DNA from: Candidatus Altiarchaeota archaeon
Lineage (GTDB): Archaea; Altiarchaeota; Altiarchaeia; IMC4; SCGC-AAA252-I15
DNA: 64,000 nt
NCBI GenBank assembly: GCA_041306075.1
Contig: JBFYKH010000008.1
Span: forward strand, 11,482-75,481
Reading direction: 5' to 3'
Shown here in pieces: positions 9,345 through 18,891 of this stretch (position 1 is its first letter; each line of letters begins with the position of its first letter). The notes beneath the pieces were generated by a model that saw only the letters and a program-made list of their open reading frames with translations, ran no database searches and was not told the origin of the DNA. The translations under genes were made by a program, and so were the position numbers.

Positions 9345-9815
9345 ATGGGTAAAAGAGCCAAAGAAACCAGGAGGAATCTGAAGCTGAAGCTTGCGGACGC
9401 CGGCAGCGCCCTCGGCCTCAGCCCCACCATGTTCGGCATATACATGGAGCTGTTCCTGTCGGTGAAACCCATCGGGCTGAGGGAGATAGCCGACGCCACG
9501 GGATACAGCGTCTCCACCGTCTGCAACAACATGGAGGCCATAGAGAACCTCCTAGACGTCCGGAAGTTCAGGATGCCCGGCAGCAAGAAGGAGTACTACG
9601 AATGCCAGAACGACCTGACGACGATATACCGGAAGAAGATAACATGCGCCAGAGAGGTCCTGCCCAGAATCGTGGAGGCCCTCAGGTCCGCGGAGGAGGG
9701 GATGGGCTCTGAGGACGCCAATCTGCTAGAACGCATTGTGAAGAGGCGACGGGACTACGAAAGGCTCGGGAGCCTGCTTGATGCCATGGAGGTGGACATG
9801 CATGCCAGAGCATAA
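9345..9815 (+). CDS. Winged-helix transcriptional regulator heading the second ABC / surface-protein cassette
   Basis: wHTH-like LREIADATGYSVSTVCNNMEAIENLLDVRKFRMPGSKKEYYE. An AT-rich palindrome-bearing promoter region (ggttatatataacc) lies upstream. Confidence 0.55.
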   Translation: MGKRAKETRRNLKLKLADAGSALGLSPTMFGIYMELFLSVKPIGLREIADATGYSVSTVCNNMEAIENLLDVRKFRMPGSKKEYYECQNDLTTIYRKKITCAREVLPRIVEALRSAEEGMGSEDANLLERIVKRRRDYERLGSLLDAMEVDMHARA

Positions 9816-10524
9816 GGACGGCCCAAAGCGCGCGCCCGGAGGAAAATGCGACCCCGCACCCATAATACGGCTTGTCGACGTCTGGAAGGTGTACAGGATG
9901 GGCGAAGTCGAGGTCCCCGCTCTGAGGGGGCTCACCCTCGAGATACACCCGTGCGAATTCGTGGCCATCATGGGCCCGTCCGGAAGCGGCAAGAGCACTT
10001 CCATGAACATGGTCGGCTGCCTCGACGTCCCCACCCGGGGGGAGATATACCTCGACGGGAGGAACATAGCCGAACTCGAGGAATCGGAGCTCGCCCAGAT
10101 AAGGGGGCGGAAGATCGGCTTCGTCTTCCAGCAGTTCAACCTGATACAGAACCTCTCCGCGGTCGAGAACGTCACCATGCCGATGATGTTCCAGGATGTG
10201 CCGACGTATGAGCGCGAGGAGAGGGGAAGGAGGCTCCTTGAGACTGTGGGCCTCGGAGAGAGGATGGACCACAGGCCGACCGAACTTTCGGGCGGGGAAC
10301 AGCAGAGGGTGGCCATCGCGCGGGCGCTAGCCAACAACCCGCCGGTCATACTCGCGGACGAGCCGACGGGAAACCTCGACTCCAGGAGGGGCGAGGAGAT
10401 AATGGAGCTGTTGACTGCGCTCCACGAGAGGGAGGACAAGACAATAATCATGGTCACGCACGACGCTAAGCTTAGCAAGTACGCCGACCGTGTGATAAAC
10501 ATAAAGGACGGCAAAGTGGTATAG
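9778..10524 (+). CDS. ABC transporter ATP-binding protein, MacB/LolD-like
   Basis: Walker A GPSGSGKST, LSGGEQQRVAIARAL, Walker B VILADEPTGNLD, VTHD. The start is uncertain (ATGs at 9778, 9781 and 9802) and overlaps the regulator's 3' end. Confidence 0.9.
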   Translation: MMPWRWTCMPEHKDGPKRAPGGKCDPAPIIRLVDVWKVYRMGEVEVPALRGLTLEIHPCEFVAIMGPSGSGKSTSMNMVGCLDVPTRGEIYLDGRNIAELEESELAQIRGRKIGFVFQQFNLIQNLSAVENVTMPMMFQDVPTYEREERGRRLLETVGLGERMDHRPTELSGGEQQRVAIARALANNPPVILADEPTGNLDSRRGEEIMELLTALHEREDKTIIMVTHDAKLSKYADRVINIKDGKVV

Positions 10525-10536
10525 GAGGTATGAAAG

Positions 10537-11835
10537 ATGATGAAGAGGATTGTTGCGGCTGCGGTTCTGTTGATGCTGGCGTCCTGCGCGTCCGCGCAGG
10601 CAAGGTATGATTCGGCGTCCATCGAGCCGCCTTACGTCGAGCCCGGAGACACCGTCGCCATCAACGTCAAGTTCCACGAGGGGCTGACCAAGAGGGAGAT
10701 ATACACGACTCCGGTTAGCGACGGCGAGAGGCTGCCCATCGGGGAGAAGGCCGACACATCATATTCCGCAGTCCTCGTCCCCAAGGACGAGGCCACTAGG
10801 CGCTACGTCCTGATAAAGGAGGGCGAAAGGCCGATAGGCCATCTATTCGCAGGCGAGACGTGGACAGCCCCCTTCGAAATCCAGGTCCTGGACGGCGCGC
10901 CGCCCACGAACTACACCCTCACGTTCCAGCTGGCGAGGGGAGGCCTCGAAGGCGCTAGGACGGAGGTCGCCCTCACGCGCGACATAACCGTGGTCGTGAA
11001 CGGGGCGCCGAAGTTCACCATCGACTCTGATAACGAGCTGTCCGCAGGCAAGGCCAATAGCTTCAGGGTGGCCATCGGAAACGTAGGCGGCGGGACGGCC
11101 AGGCAGGTCACAGTTACCATCAACGCGACTTCGCCGCTCACGGTGTTGAAGGCTTCGAGCCAGTACCTGGGGGACATGAACGGATTGTCGTCGAACACGC
11201 TCCACTACGACCTTTACGTTGACAGCACCGCCTCTCCGAAGGCATACACCATACCCGTCGAGATAAGGTATACCGACCGGGAGGGCGTCCAGCAGACGGT
11301 CGGAAAGATGCTGGGCGTCAAGGTCTCGGGGAACCCTAATGTCATGGCGAGCATCGACAGCTTCGACGACGCGAAGGGGGGCATGACCGGGAAGGTCACG
11401 GTCAGCGTCGCGAACAAGGGCTTCGTCGAGGCGAAGTTCCTTTCACTGAGCGTCCTTGACGGGGACAAGTATACAGTCACGTCGAAGAGCGACATGTACA
11501 TCGGCAACCTGGCTTCAGACGACTTCCAGTCCGAGGACTTCACAGTCAGGTTCGCGGACGGCGCGAGCGGCAAGGTGCCGCTGAAGGTTAGGGCCTCGTA
11601 CACCGAGGAGAACAACAACGGCGTCCACAACGAGGACTTTGAGCTTCCGATAAACGTGATGTCCCCTGAGGACTACGACAAGGCCCACCCGACGACAGAT
11701 AGCAGCCAGCATCTCGTAATGGTCGCGGTAGTGATACCGGCCCTGATAGTCGCCTACGTGGCATTGTGGCTCCTGTACAAGGTCGCCGGGGCCGTGACTG
11801 GATTCATAGACCGGAAGGTGTTCCGGAGAAAGTAG
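10537..11835 (+). CDS. Secreted CARDB/S-layer-like surface protein with C-terminal TM anchor (paralog of 2874..4523)
   Basis: Signal peptide MMKRIVAAAVLLMLASCASAQA, beta-rich repeats, C-terminal TM VMVAVVIPALIVAYVALWLLYKV + basic tail. Confidence 0.75.
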   Translation: MMKRIVAAAVLLMLASCASAQARYDSASIEPPYVEPGDTVAINVKFHEGLTKREIYTTPVSDGERLPIGEKADTSYSAVLVPKDEATRRYVLIKEGERPIGHLFAGETWTAPFEIQVLDGAPPTNYTLTFQLARGGLEGARTEVALTRDITVVVNGAPKFTIDSDNELSAGKANSFRVAIGNVGGGTARQVTVTINATSPLTVLKASSQYLGDMNGLSSNTLHYDLYVDSTASPKAYTIPVEIRYTDREGVQQTVGKMLGVKVSGNPNVMASIDSFDDAKGGMTGKVTVSVANKGFVEAKFLSLSVLDGDKYTVTSKSDMYIGNLASDDFQSEDFTVRFADGASGKVPLKVRASYTEENNNGVHNEDFELPINVMSPEDYDKAHPTTDSSQHLVMVAVVIPALIVAYVALWLLYKVAGAVTGFIDRKVFRRK

Positions 11836-11841
11836 GGCGGG

Positions 11842-13062
11842 ATGATAGCCGATTACCTCAGGCATGCGGCGCATAGCCTGGCCAGCCGGGGACTCAGGAG
11901 CTGGCTGACCATGCTCGGCATATTCGTCGGGATAGCCGCGGTGGTGGCCCTGACGTCGCTCGGCCAGGGCCTCCAGGACTACATAGACCAGGAGTTCCAG
12001 AAGATAGGAGTCAACCGGGTCATCGTGCTCCCGGGCGGCGGAGGATTCCAGGCCTTCCAGCCGGGCCTTTCGTCCGCGAAGCTCCACGACCACGACCTCG
12101 ACGTCGCCCTAAGGGTCAGGGGGGTCGACTCCGGCATAGGCCTCTACAGGAGGGTCGTCCCGGTCAACCACCGCGGGGAAACGAAGTTCGTGAACCTTTT
12201 CGGGGCCCCATTCGACCAGGAGTCTATCGAGTACATGAGGACCCTGAAGTTCATGGAGGTCGACGAGGGCAGGTACCTCACCCCGCAGGACAGGCGCAAC
12301 GCCCTCATGGCGAGGGTTCTGGCGACGGAGGTCTTCAAGAAGGAAGTCAAGAGGGGCGAGAAGGTCGAAGTCGACGGGTTCACGTTCACGATAGTCGGCT
12401 TCAATCCGAAGTCCGGGGAGCCCCCGCAGGACAGGAAGGTGGTGGTGCCGCTGTCGACGATGCGCGAGATGTACCCCATCGGCGACGAGCTGAACATGAT
12501 ATCGGTCCGCACAAAGCCTGGCTTCAACGTCACGGAGGTGGCGGAGGACATGAAGACGAGGCTGAGGAGGGACCACGGGCTCGCGGAGGGGAAGGAGGAC
12601 TTCACCATACAGACCGCCGAGCAGATGATGAAGACGTTCCAGAGCATAGTCGGCGTCGTCCAGACGGTCCTGTCCGGGATAGCAGCCATATCGCTCGTGG
12701 TCGGCGGCCTCGGAATCATGACTACGATGTACACGAGCGTCATCGAGCGGACGAGCCAGATAGGCATAATGAAGGCGGTCGGCGCGAAGAACCGCGACAT
12801 AATGCTGCTCTTCCTCATCGAATCCGGAGCCCTCGGCCTCGTGGGCGGGATAATCGGCGTCGCTCTCGGCCTGTCGATAAGCTTCGGGGTCGCATACGTG
12901 GCGCAGAGTTACTACGGAATAGAGCTGCTCCACGCGTCGGCGGACCCCGCCATCATACTCGGGGCCCTCTCGTTCAGCTTCGTCGTGGGATGCGCCTCGG
13001 GGGTACTGCCTTCCCTGAAGGCCGCGGACATGAAGCCCGTGGAGGCGATAAGGCAGAAGTAA
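11842..13062 (+). CDS. ABC transporter permease, FtsX/MacB-like
   Basis: N-terminal TM, periplasmic-type domain, C-terminal FtsX bundle (LVVGGLGIMTTMYTSVIERTSQIGIMKAVGA). Confidence 0.85.
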   Translation: MIADYLRHAAHSLASRGLRSWLTMLGIFVGIAAVVALTSLGQGLQDYIDQEFQKIGVNRVIVLPGGGGFQAFQPGLSSAKLHDHDLDVALRVRGVDSGIGLYRRVVPVNHRGETKFVNLFGAPFDQESIEYMRTLKFMEVDEGRYLTPQDRRNALMARVLATEVFKKEVKRGEKVEVDGFTFTIVGFNPKSGEPPQDRKVVVPLSTMREMYPIGDELNMISVRTKPGFNVTEVAEDMKTRLRRDHGLAEGKEDFTIQTAEQMMKTFQSIVGVVQTVLSGIAAISLVVGGLGIMTTMYTSVIERTSQIGIMKAVGAKNRDIMLLFLIESGALGLVGGIIGVALGLSISFGVAYVAQSYYGIELLHASADPAIILGALSFSFVVGCASGVLPSLKAADMKPVEAIRQK

Positions 13063-13063
13063 G

Positions 13064-14269
13064 ATGATGTGGGACTACCTTAGGCTTTCCGTCAGGGGGA
13101 TTAGGAGGAAGGGCGTGCGCAGCTGGCTCACCATGCTCGGCATATTCATAGGCATAGCCGCCGTGGTGTCGCTCATATCCCTCGGCAAGGGGATGGAGAA
13201 CGCCATAATGGCGCAGTTCGAGAGCATCGGCTCGGACACCATAATCGTGATGCCAGGCACGGGCTTCGAATCGTTCGGCAGCGCGAAGCTCACAGCCCAC
13301 GACGAGGACATTATCAGGGGGATAGCCGGCGTCGAGAACCTCGCCCCCTTCTCTGTGAGGCTCTCGAGGGTGGAGTACGGCAGGGACGTGTTCTACGGAT
13401 TCGTCGGCGGATGGCCGACGGACGACAGGTACGAGGTCATAGACTCCATGTCCACGTTCAAGCTGCTCGAGGGCCGCAGAAGCCAGCCCGGGGAGAAGTA
13501 CACCACGGTCGTCGGCTATAGCCTGGGCGAGGGGGGTTTCATCAACGGCAGGAACGTGCGCATCGGCGACAAGCTGACGATAGACGGGGTGGACTTCAAG
13601 GTCGTCGGCGTCATGGACAGGGTGGGCAACCCGGAGGACGACAAGAACATATACATACCGCTCGACGCGGCAGAGGAGATATTCGGCGACGACACGTACG
13701 ACCAGTTCATCGTGAAGGTGGCGGTGGGCTATCCGCCGGAGAAGATCGCCGGGGACATAAAGTACAGGATGCGCAGGGACCGGAACCAGAAGGCGGGAGA
13801 GGAGGACTTCAGCGTCCAGACGCCTGAGCAGCTCCTTGAGAGCGTCGGCGGCATCCTGACCACGGTTCAGGCCGTCCTTGTGGGGATAGCGATGATTTCC
13901 CTGATGGTCGGGGGCGTCGGGATAATGAACACGATGTACACGAGCGTCATAGAGAGGACCCGGGAGATAGGGATAATGAAGGCCATCGGCGCGAAGAACG
14001 ACGACATACTCGCCATGTTCCTCGCCGAGTCAGGGACGCTCGGCGCGGTCGGAGGCCTGGTCGGCATAGCCATCGGCCTTGCGATGAGCAAGACCGTGGA
14101 GTACTATGGGGGGGCGCAGATGGGCAACGACCTCCTGAAGGCGGACACATCCCCCGCCCTGATACTCGGGGCGCTCGCGTTCAGCTTCGTCGTCGGATGC
14201 CTCTCCGGCACCCTCCCGGCGATGCAGGCGAGCAGGCTGAAGCCGGTCGAGGCCCTCAGGTACGAGTGA
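13064..14269 (+). CDS. ABC transporter permease, FtsX/MacB-like (tandem paralog)
   Basis: Same architecture (LMVGGVGIMNTMYTSVIERTREIGIMKAIGA). The start lies 1 nt after the previous stop. Confidence 0.85.
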   Translation: MMWDYLRLSVRGIRRKGVRSWLTMLGIFIGIAAVVSLISLGKGMENAIMAQFESIGSDTIIVMPGTGFESFGSAKLTAHDEDIIRGIAGVENLAPFSVRLSRVEYGRDVFYGFVGGWPTDDRYEVIDSMSTFKLLEGRRSQPGEKYTTVVGYSLGEGGFINGRNVRIGDKLTIDGVDFKVVGVMDRVGNPEDDKNIYIPLDAAEEIFGDDTYDQFIVKVAVGYPPEKIAGDIKYRMRRDRNQKAGEEDFSVQTPEQLLESVGGILTTVQAVLVGIAMISLMVGGVGIMNTMYTSVIERTREIGIMKAIGAKNDDILAMFLAESGTLGAVGGLVGIAIGLAMSKTVEYYGGAQMGNDLLKADTSPALILGALAFSFVVGCLSGTLPAMQASRLKPVEALRYE

Positions 14270-14322
14270 TTGGCGGCGGGGCATACGCTGCCCCGGGATG
14301 ATTTAAACCCGGCCGCGGTTAT

Positions 14323-15375
14323 ATGTTACCGATGCGCAGACACGCCGCTTGGACGCTTCTCGGGCTGGCCCTGGCGTACATGATGTACGTCATGGTGGCC
14401 GAGTTCGTGGACGTGCTCGTCTACAGCGTATTCATATACTACGTCAGCAGGCCAGTCTACTGGCGCCTCAAGGGCGGCTTCAAGTCCGAGATGGCCGCGG
14501 CCTTCGTGTCGGTGTTCATCCTCCTTATGCCGGTGACCTTCGTCACGATGTACAGCATAGGCGTGGCTTCGGCGGAGCTGGCGAACTTCACGGCCGACTC
14601 CGAGCTGCCGTACAGGGACTCCATCGTCGCCGCGGCGGCCGGGTACTCGTCCGCGCTCGAGGAGCTCGGCCCCGAGGACCTGGTAGGCCTCGGCCAGAGC
14701 TCGGACATGCGCAGCCTGTGGGACATCGCCTCCTACCTGGCTGTGGTGGCTATGGGAGCGCTGGTGCATGTCATGCTCACGTTCATAATAGCGCTGTACC
14801 TCCTCGTGGACGGCTGGAAGCTGAGGCGCTGGCTCTCCGGGAACCTTTACCCCCATGAGAAGCGGCTCACGGACAGGTACATGTCCGAGGTCGACGAGGA
14901 CCTGCACAAGGTTTTCTCCGGGAACATACTCACGGCGTTCGTGATAGTCCTCATCGGCGCGGTGTCGTTCATCCTGTTGGACGCCATAGCTCCCCCGAAC
15001 CTCGCCCTCCCCTACCCCCTGCTCATGGGCATGATATGCGGCGTCACGAGCCTGGTGCCCATGTTCGGGGTCGCATTATTCTGGGTTCCGGCGGCATTTT
15101 CGATGGCCGCCTGGTCGTACGTGAACGGGGGCCTCGCCGAGGACCTCTGGTTCATCGCCCTCTTCACGGCCGTCTCTGCAGTCGTCGTCGACTGGGGCCC
15201 GAACCTGTTGTTCAAGCCCCGCATAACCGGCCGCAGGATACACCCCGGCCTCATGATGCTCGCATACCTCTTCGGACCCCTGGCGTTCGGCATCGCAGGG
15301 CTGTTCCTCGGGCCCATAGTCCTTGTGCTTGCGGTGAACTTCGTTAAGGTCGTGCTGCCCGAGCTGAGAAGGTAG
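14323..15375 (+). CDS. AI-2E family (PerM/UPF0118) transporter
   Basis: Eight hydrophobic segments. Conserved C-terminal core pattern ...VTSLVPMFGVALFWVPAAF...DWGPNLLFKPRITGRRIHPGLMMLAYLFG. Confidence 0.7.
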   Translation: MLPMRRHAAWTLLGLALAYMMYVMVAEFVDVLVYSVFIYYVSRPVYWRLKGGFKSEMAAAFVSVFILLMPVTFVTMYSIGVASAELANFTADSELPYRDSIVAAAAGYSSALEELGPEDLVGLGQSSDMRSLWDIASYLAVVAMGALVHVMLTFIIALYLLVDGWKLRRWLSGNLYPHEKRLTDRYMSEVDEDLHKVFSGNILTAFVIVLIGAVSFILLDAIAPPNLALPYPLLMGMICGVTSLVPMFGVALFWVPAAFSMAAWSYVNGGLAEDLWFIALFTAVSAVVVDWGPNLLFKPRITGRRIHPGLMMLAYLFGPLAFGIAGLFLGPIVLVLAVNFVKVVLPELRR

Positions 15376-15378
15376 GGG

Positions 15379-15957
15379 TCATATCAGCCTGGAGTCGTAG
15401 GCCCAGTGGAGGAGCGCCTGCCGTTGCCTGCGCCGGCACAGGAGGTCCCGCCGCATGCAGTGCTTCTTCACCGCCTCTCCGTGCCGCCTGATGGCCTTCC
15501 ACCGGCTTATCTGGCGGAGGTCGTCCGGGCCTCGGCGGCCCAGGTAGTACCGGCAGTACCACTGGAACCAGCCTCTCGGGTCTTCGGGGTGTATCCATCC
15601 GCGTTTCTTCCATTCGGAGAGGGGGAGGGAGGCGTCGGTCCGGTAGAAGTTGAGTTCCGGGTTCCGTCCCCCGGGGCTGAGTTTCGCCCGCCTGAACCAC
15701 GACTTCGGGAATTCGCCGCGGCAGTCCGTCATGTACTTGCCGCCGAAGACCCCGAGCTCGAGCATCCGTTTAGGCGTCAGCTCCGGCTTGAATTCCGGGT
15801 GGAAGTTCCCACCCGCAGGCTCCGTGAGATAGTACACGTAGCCGCTCTGCATCAGGTCGTTGACGACGACGCGGACAGGCTTCGCCCTCATAGGGTAGTG
15901 ATTCTTCCGGCGCGCATAAAAGGCCGGATGCTCGACGGAATCCCCAGACTCGGGCAT
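15379..15957 (-). CDS. Conserved hypothetical protein (Trp/Arg-rich; motifs GWIHPEDPRGWFQWYCRYYLGRR, RWKAIRRH)
   Basis: The C-terminal ~190 aa of track ORF 15379..16473 look like a real protein. The upstream part is antisense to proS and is rejected. The start is set at Met 15957 so that the proS promoter is not crossed; alternatives are 15891, 15987 and 15996. Confidence 0.5.
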   Translation of the reverse strand: MPESGDSVEHPAFYARRKNHYPMRAKPVRVVVNDLMQSGYVYYLTEPAGGNFHPEFKPELTPKRMLELGVFGGKYMTDCRGEFPKSWFRRAKLSPGGRNPELNFYRTDASLPLSEWKKRGWIHPEDPRGWFQWYCRYYLGRRGPDDLRQISRWKAIRRHGEAVKKHCMRRDLLCRRRQRQALLHWAYDSRLI

Positions 15958-15978
15958 TCCAGGGGGTACGGGAGGGAT

Positions 15979-15986
15979 TTTTATCA
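15979..15986 (+). promoter_or_regulatory. TATA-like box (ttttatca) ~25 nt upstream of the proS ATG. The divergent intergenic region also holds the reverse element tattatgc for the minus-strand gene.
   Basis: AT-rich island in an otherwise GC-rich context. The spacing fits archaeal leaderless initiation. Confidence 0.4.
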
Positions 15987-16008
15987 TTGCGAGCATAATA
16001 GGTATCCT

Positions 16009-17394
16009 ATGGCCGAGGAGTTCGGTGAATGGTACAGGCGGATGCTCTCCGAGAACCTGCTCGTCGACGACCGCTACGACGTCAAGGGGATGCTCGTCTA
16101 CCGCGGCAACGGGATGCGCATCATGAGGGAGATGGTGCGGCACCTGGAGCGTCTCCAGGAGGAGGACGGCCACGAGCCCACGCTCTTCCCCGTGCTCATA
16201 CCCGACAACCTCCTGATGAAGGAGGCGGAGCACATCGCCGGCTTCGAGGACCAGGTATACTGGGTGACCCACGCGGGCAAGAACCCCCTCGAGCGGAAGC
16301 TCGCCCTGAGGCCGACGAGCGAGACCTGCATGTACCCGATGTTCGCCCTCTGGGTGAGGACTTTCCAGGACCTGCCGGTAAAGGTCCACCAGACCGTCAC
16401 CGTGTACAGGTACGAGACAAAGCAGACGAGGCCCCTGATCAGGAGCAGGGAGTTCTACTGGAACGAGGGCCACACCGCGTTCGCGACCGCCGAGGAGGCG
16501 GAGGAGAACGTGAAGACCATCAGGCGCATCTACACGGACCTAATCAGCGGCCTCCTGTGCCTGCCGGTGCAGGTGAACATGAGGCCGCAGTGGGACAAGT
16601 TCCCGGGAGCCGAGTACACGATGGCCTTCGAGACGCTCATGCCGGACGGGAGGACACTTCAGGTGGCGACGATACACAACCTCGGCCAGCATTTCAGCAG
16701 GGTGTTCGGCATCGAGTTCGACGACGACAAGGGGGTGAAGCATCACGCCTGGCAGACTTCTTACGGTCCCGGCTTCGGGAGGCTCCTTGCCGCCGCGGTT
16801 TCGGTCCACGGCGACGAGAAGGGCATGGTTCTGCCCCCGAGGGTGGCGCCCATCCAGGCCGTTATCATACCCATAATTTTCAAGGACGTGGAGAGGGCTG
16901 GCGTCATGGAGTACGTCCGGGCGCTTGAGGCCAGGCTCCGGGGCCGGGGCTTCAGGGTCAGGGTGGACGACAGCGACCAGAGGCCTGGCGCCAAGTTCTT
17001 CAGGTGGGAGCGGGAGGGCGTGCCCGTGAGGATTGAGGCCGGCCCCAGGGACATCAGGGAGGGCAAGGTCGTCGTCGTCAGGAGGGACAACGGCGTAAAG
17101 GAGAGCGTGGATGCGAGCGGGCTGGACTTGGCCGCCGTCTTCACTGCCGTCGAGGAGTATATGAGGGCTAAGGCCCAGAAGAGGTTCGACGAGAGGCTCT
17201 TTTCGGCTGACAGCCTCCCCGCGTTCAGGGAGCTTGTCGGCAGGGGGGTTGTCACTGTGGGCTGGTGCGGGCATGACGAGTGCGCGAAGCCCATCGACGA
17301 GGCGGGGACCATGCTGACTGTGACCGATGAGAGGGCGTCGTGCGTCGTTTGCGGCAAGGCCGGCACTAATGTCAGGGTCGCCAGGACATTTTAA
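16009..17394 (+). CDS. proS: Prolyl-tRNA synthetase, archaeal/eukaryotic type (class II)
   Basis: The N-terminus MAEEFGEWYRRMLSENLLVDDRYDVKGMLVYRGNGMRIMREM matches archaeal ProRS. Class II motifs and the C-terminal zinc-binding tail ...WCGHDECAKPIDEAGTMLTVTDERASCVVCGKAG are present. Track ORF 15406.. begins 201 codons too early. Confidence 0.9.
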   Translation: MAEEFGEWYRRMLSENLLVDDRYDVKGMLVYRGNGMRIMREMVRHLERLQEEDGHEPTLFPVLIPDNLLMKEAEHIAGFEDQVYWVTHAGKNPLERKLALRPTSETCMYPMFALWVRTFQDLPVKVHQTVTVYRYETKQTRPLIRSREFYWNEGHTAFATAEEAEENVKTIRRIYTDLISGLLCLPVQVNMRPQWDKFPGAEYTMAFETLMPDGRTLQVATIHNLGQHFSRVFGIEFDDDKGVKHHAWQTSYGPGFGRLLAAAVSVHGDEKGMVLPPRVAPIQAVIIPIIFKDVERAGVMEYVRALEARLRGRGFRVRVDDSDQRPGAKFFRWEREGVPVRIEAGPRDIREGKVVVVRRDNGVKESVDASGLDLAAVFTAVEEYMRAKAQKRFDERLFSADSLPAFRELVGRGVVTVGWCGHDECAKPIDEAGTMLTVTDERASCVVCGKAGTNVRVARTF

Positions 17395-17436
17395 CGTTGA
17401 ACATTGTTTATAAAGGGGTTCTTCCAAAAAAATAAC

Positions 17437-18015
17437 ATGGAGGCCAGGAACCCCACCAGGGTATACGGCAGCCCGTATAAAACCCCAATCGCATACCCCC
17501 TGTTATTCATAGTCATACTCGTCTTCGCCGCATACGAGCTTGGTCTCAGCCTCCCCCAAGACGCCTTGAGGCCGCCCACAGGCTTCGCGACTGCGGAGAC
17601 CGGCATCCACGACGGCCGGGACCTGGACACCCTGCTCGGCCAGGAGACGCTACCGGAAGACGCGCCGGTAATCACATCCAGGGGATTCAGCCTCCTTGAG
17701 CCCGTCGCCAAGGCGTCGAAATACCACGGCGACGGCACGCTCGCCATAATGTTCCTCAAGACGATGCCGTCCGAGCTGAGGATAGCGGACGTGAAGGTGA
17801 CGAACAACGCGACAGGCAAAAGATGCCTGACCGTTGACAAGCCGAGAATCGTGCCCCAAAACCGCGAGACAGTCTACGTCGAGGCCGCCTCCTGCGACAC
17901 GACACCCACCGAAAGCAGGATACTAGAATACGACGTGGCGGTAATCTACGACATGACGTTCGGGCCGGTGGACATACCGTGCACAAGCTCAGGACGGCTG
18001 AGCGTGTGGCTTTAA
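17437..18015 (+). CDS. Hypothetical membrane-anchored / secreted protein
   Basis: N-terminal TM IAYPLLFIVILVFAAYELGL. A TATA-like tttataaa at 17408-17415 supports a start at 17437 rather than 17404. Confidence 0.45.
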   Translation: MEARNPTRVYGSPYKTPIAYPLLFIVILVFAAYELGLSLPQDALRPPTGFATAETGIHDGRDLDTLLGQETLPEDAPVITSRGFSLLEPVAKASKYHGDGTLAIMFLKTMPSELRIADVKVTNNATGKRCLTVDKPRIVPQNRETVYVEAASCDTTPTESRILEYDVAVIYDMTFGPVDIPCTSSGRLSVWL

Positions 18016-18040
18016 TACGGTTTAATGCAATATCTGTCTC

Positions 18041-18535
18041 GTGAAACCCATCGTCTACATAGCCGTCGCCACACTCCTAGTACTGGCCGCTGCCGGATAC
18101 TGGCTCCTCCCGCAGATGACCGCCAAGCCCGAGGTGGCCGTGAAAGGCGTGGACTACCGGGTTGAAGACAAGGTGGCCGTGTTCGGCGTCGAGATACCCA
18201 CCAATATGACTGTGGTCGTCAGGACCGAAGTCTACAACCCGAACATACTCGCATTGAAGGTCACGGGAGCAGAGTGCAAAGTCTACATCAACGACGCCGA
18301 GATAGGCGACGGCAGACTGACCGGGCCCCTGGAAGTCCCGCCGAAGGGCATTAGAGACATGACAGTGGAGGTGAACCTGCCCACCGAGAAGGGATTGTCG
18401 GGGATATTATCCGCGGTAAGCGAGGGCGCGGCCGTCGCAAGGGTCAAAGGCAAGGTAAGGGTCTTGCTGCCCGTGTTAGGCGAGGCCGAGGTACCGCTCG
18501 ACGAGTCATACGACCTGTCAAACGCCGTCAGATAG
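18041..18535 (+). CDS. LEA14-like (WHy/LEA_2 domain) membrane-anchored protein
   Basis: N-terminal TM, then the pattern VEIP...VVVRTEVYNPNILALKVTGAECKVYINDAEIGDG...PLEVPPKG...VEVNL typical of LEA_2 beta-sandwich proteins. GTG start. Confidence 0.55.
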   Translation: MKPIVYIAVATLLVLAAAGYWLLPQMTAKPEVAVKGVDYRVEDKVAVFGVEIPTNMTVVVRTEVYNPNILALKVTGAECKVYINDAEIGDGRLTGPLEVPPKGIRDMTVEVNLPTEKGLSGILSAVSEGAAVARVKGKVRVLLPVLGEAEVPLDESYDLSNAVR

Positions 18536-18785
18536 AAATCAGGTCCTTCCGCTTCCTGCGCTGCCTCGCATCGTTCATCCCGAAGATGTAGTCCACCACA
18601 AGCCAGCTTATGACGACGCCCATGAGGAACATCAGCCCGAACGCAGGCTCCCCCATCTGCCACACGATGAAGAAGAAGAGGGCGGAGAACACGAGCTTGG
18701 ACCAGAATTTCATGAGCAGCGAGACTATGAGGCCGACTATGAAGAAGCCGAGATAGAAGTACAACGTCAGCCCAGCAAGTTCCAT
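18528..18785 (-). CDS. Small integral membrane protein (3 TM), hypothetical
   Basis: Hydrophobic throughout; basic C-terminal tail. Confidence 0.45.
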   Translation of the reverse strand: MELAGLTLYFYLGFFIVGLIVSLLMKFWSKLVFSALFFFIVWQMGEPAFGLMFLMGVVISWLVVDYIFGMNDARQRRKRKDLISI

Positions 18786-18891
18786 GATATAGTATTTGCC
18801 TAGCCCTTAAAATGCGCCTGCGACTGCCCTTCTGACACCCTAGAGGCCATAAAGCACCCGGCATCCCAGACGGCCATCCGCCGCGTCAGAC

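Noticed and set aside
9846-10677. Numerous long overlapping ORFs on both strands across ABC genes and elsewhere (e.g. 9682..10272, 9726..10622, 10327..10677, 12109..12933, 19228..20070, 33499..34359, 50434..51438)
   Set aside because: All are shadow ORFs of homology-supported genes in a >60% GC sequence, with characteristic Arg/Pro/Gly/His-rich translations.
15958-16473. N-terminal 170 codons of the minus-strand ORF 15379..16473
   Set aside because: This part lies antisense inside proS. It has a Pro/Arg/Leu/His-rich GC-frame composition and no start-site support. Only the C-terminal ~190 codons (15379..15957) look like a real gene.
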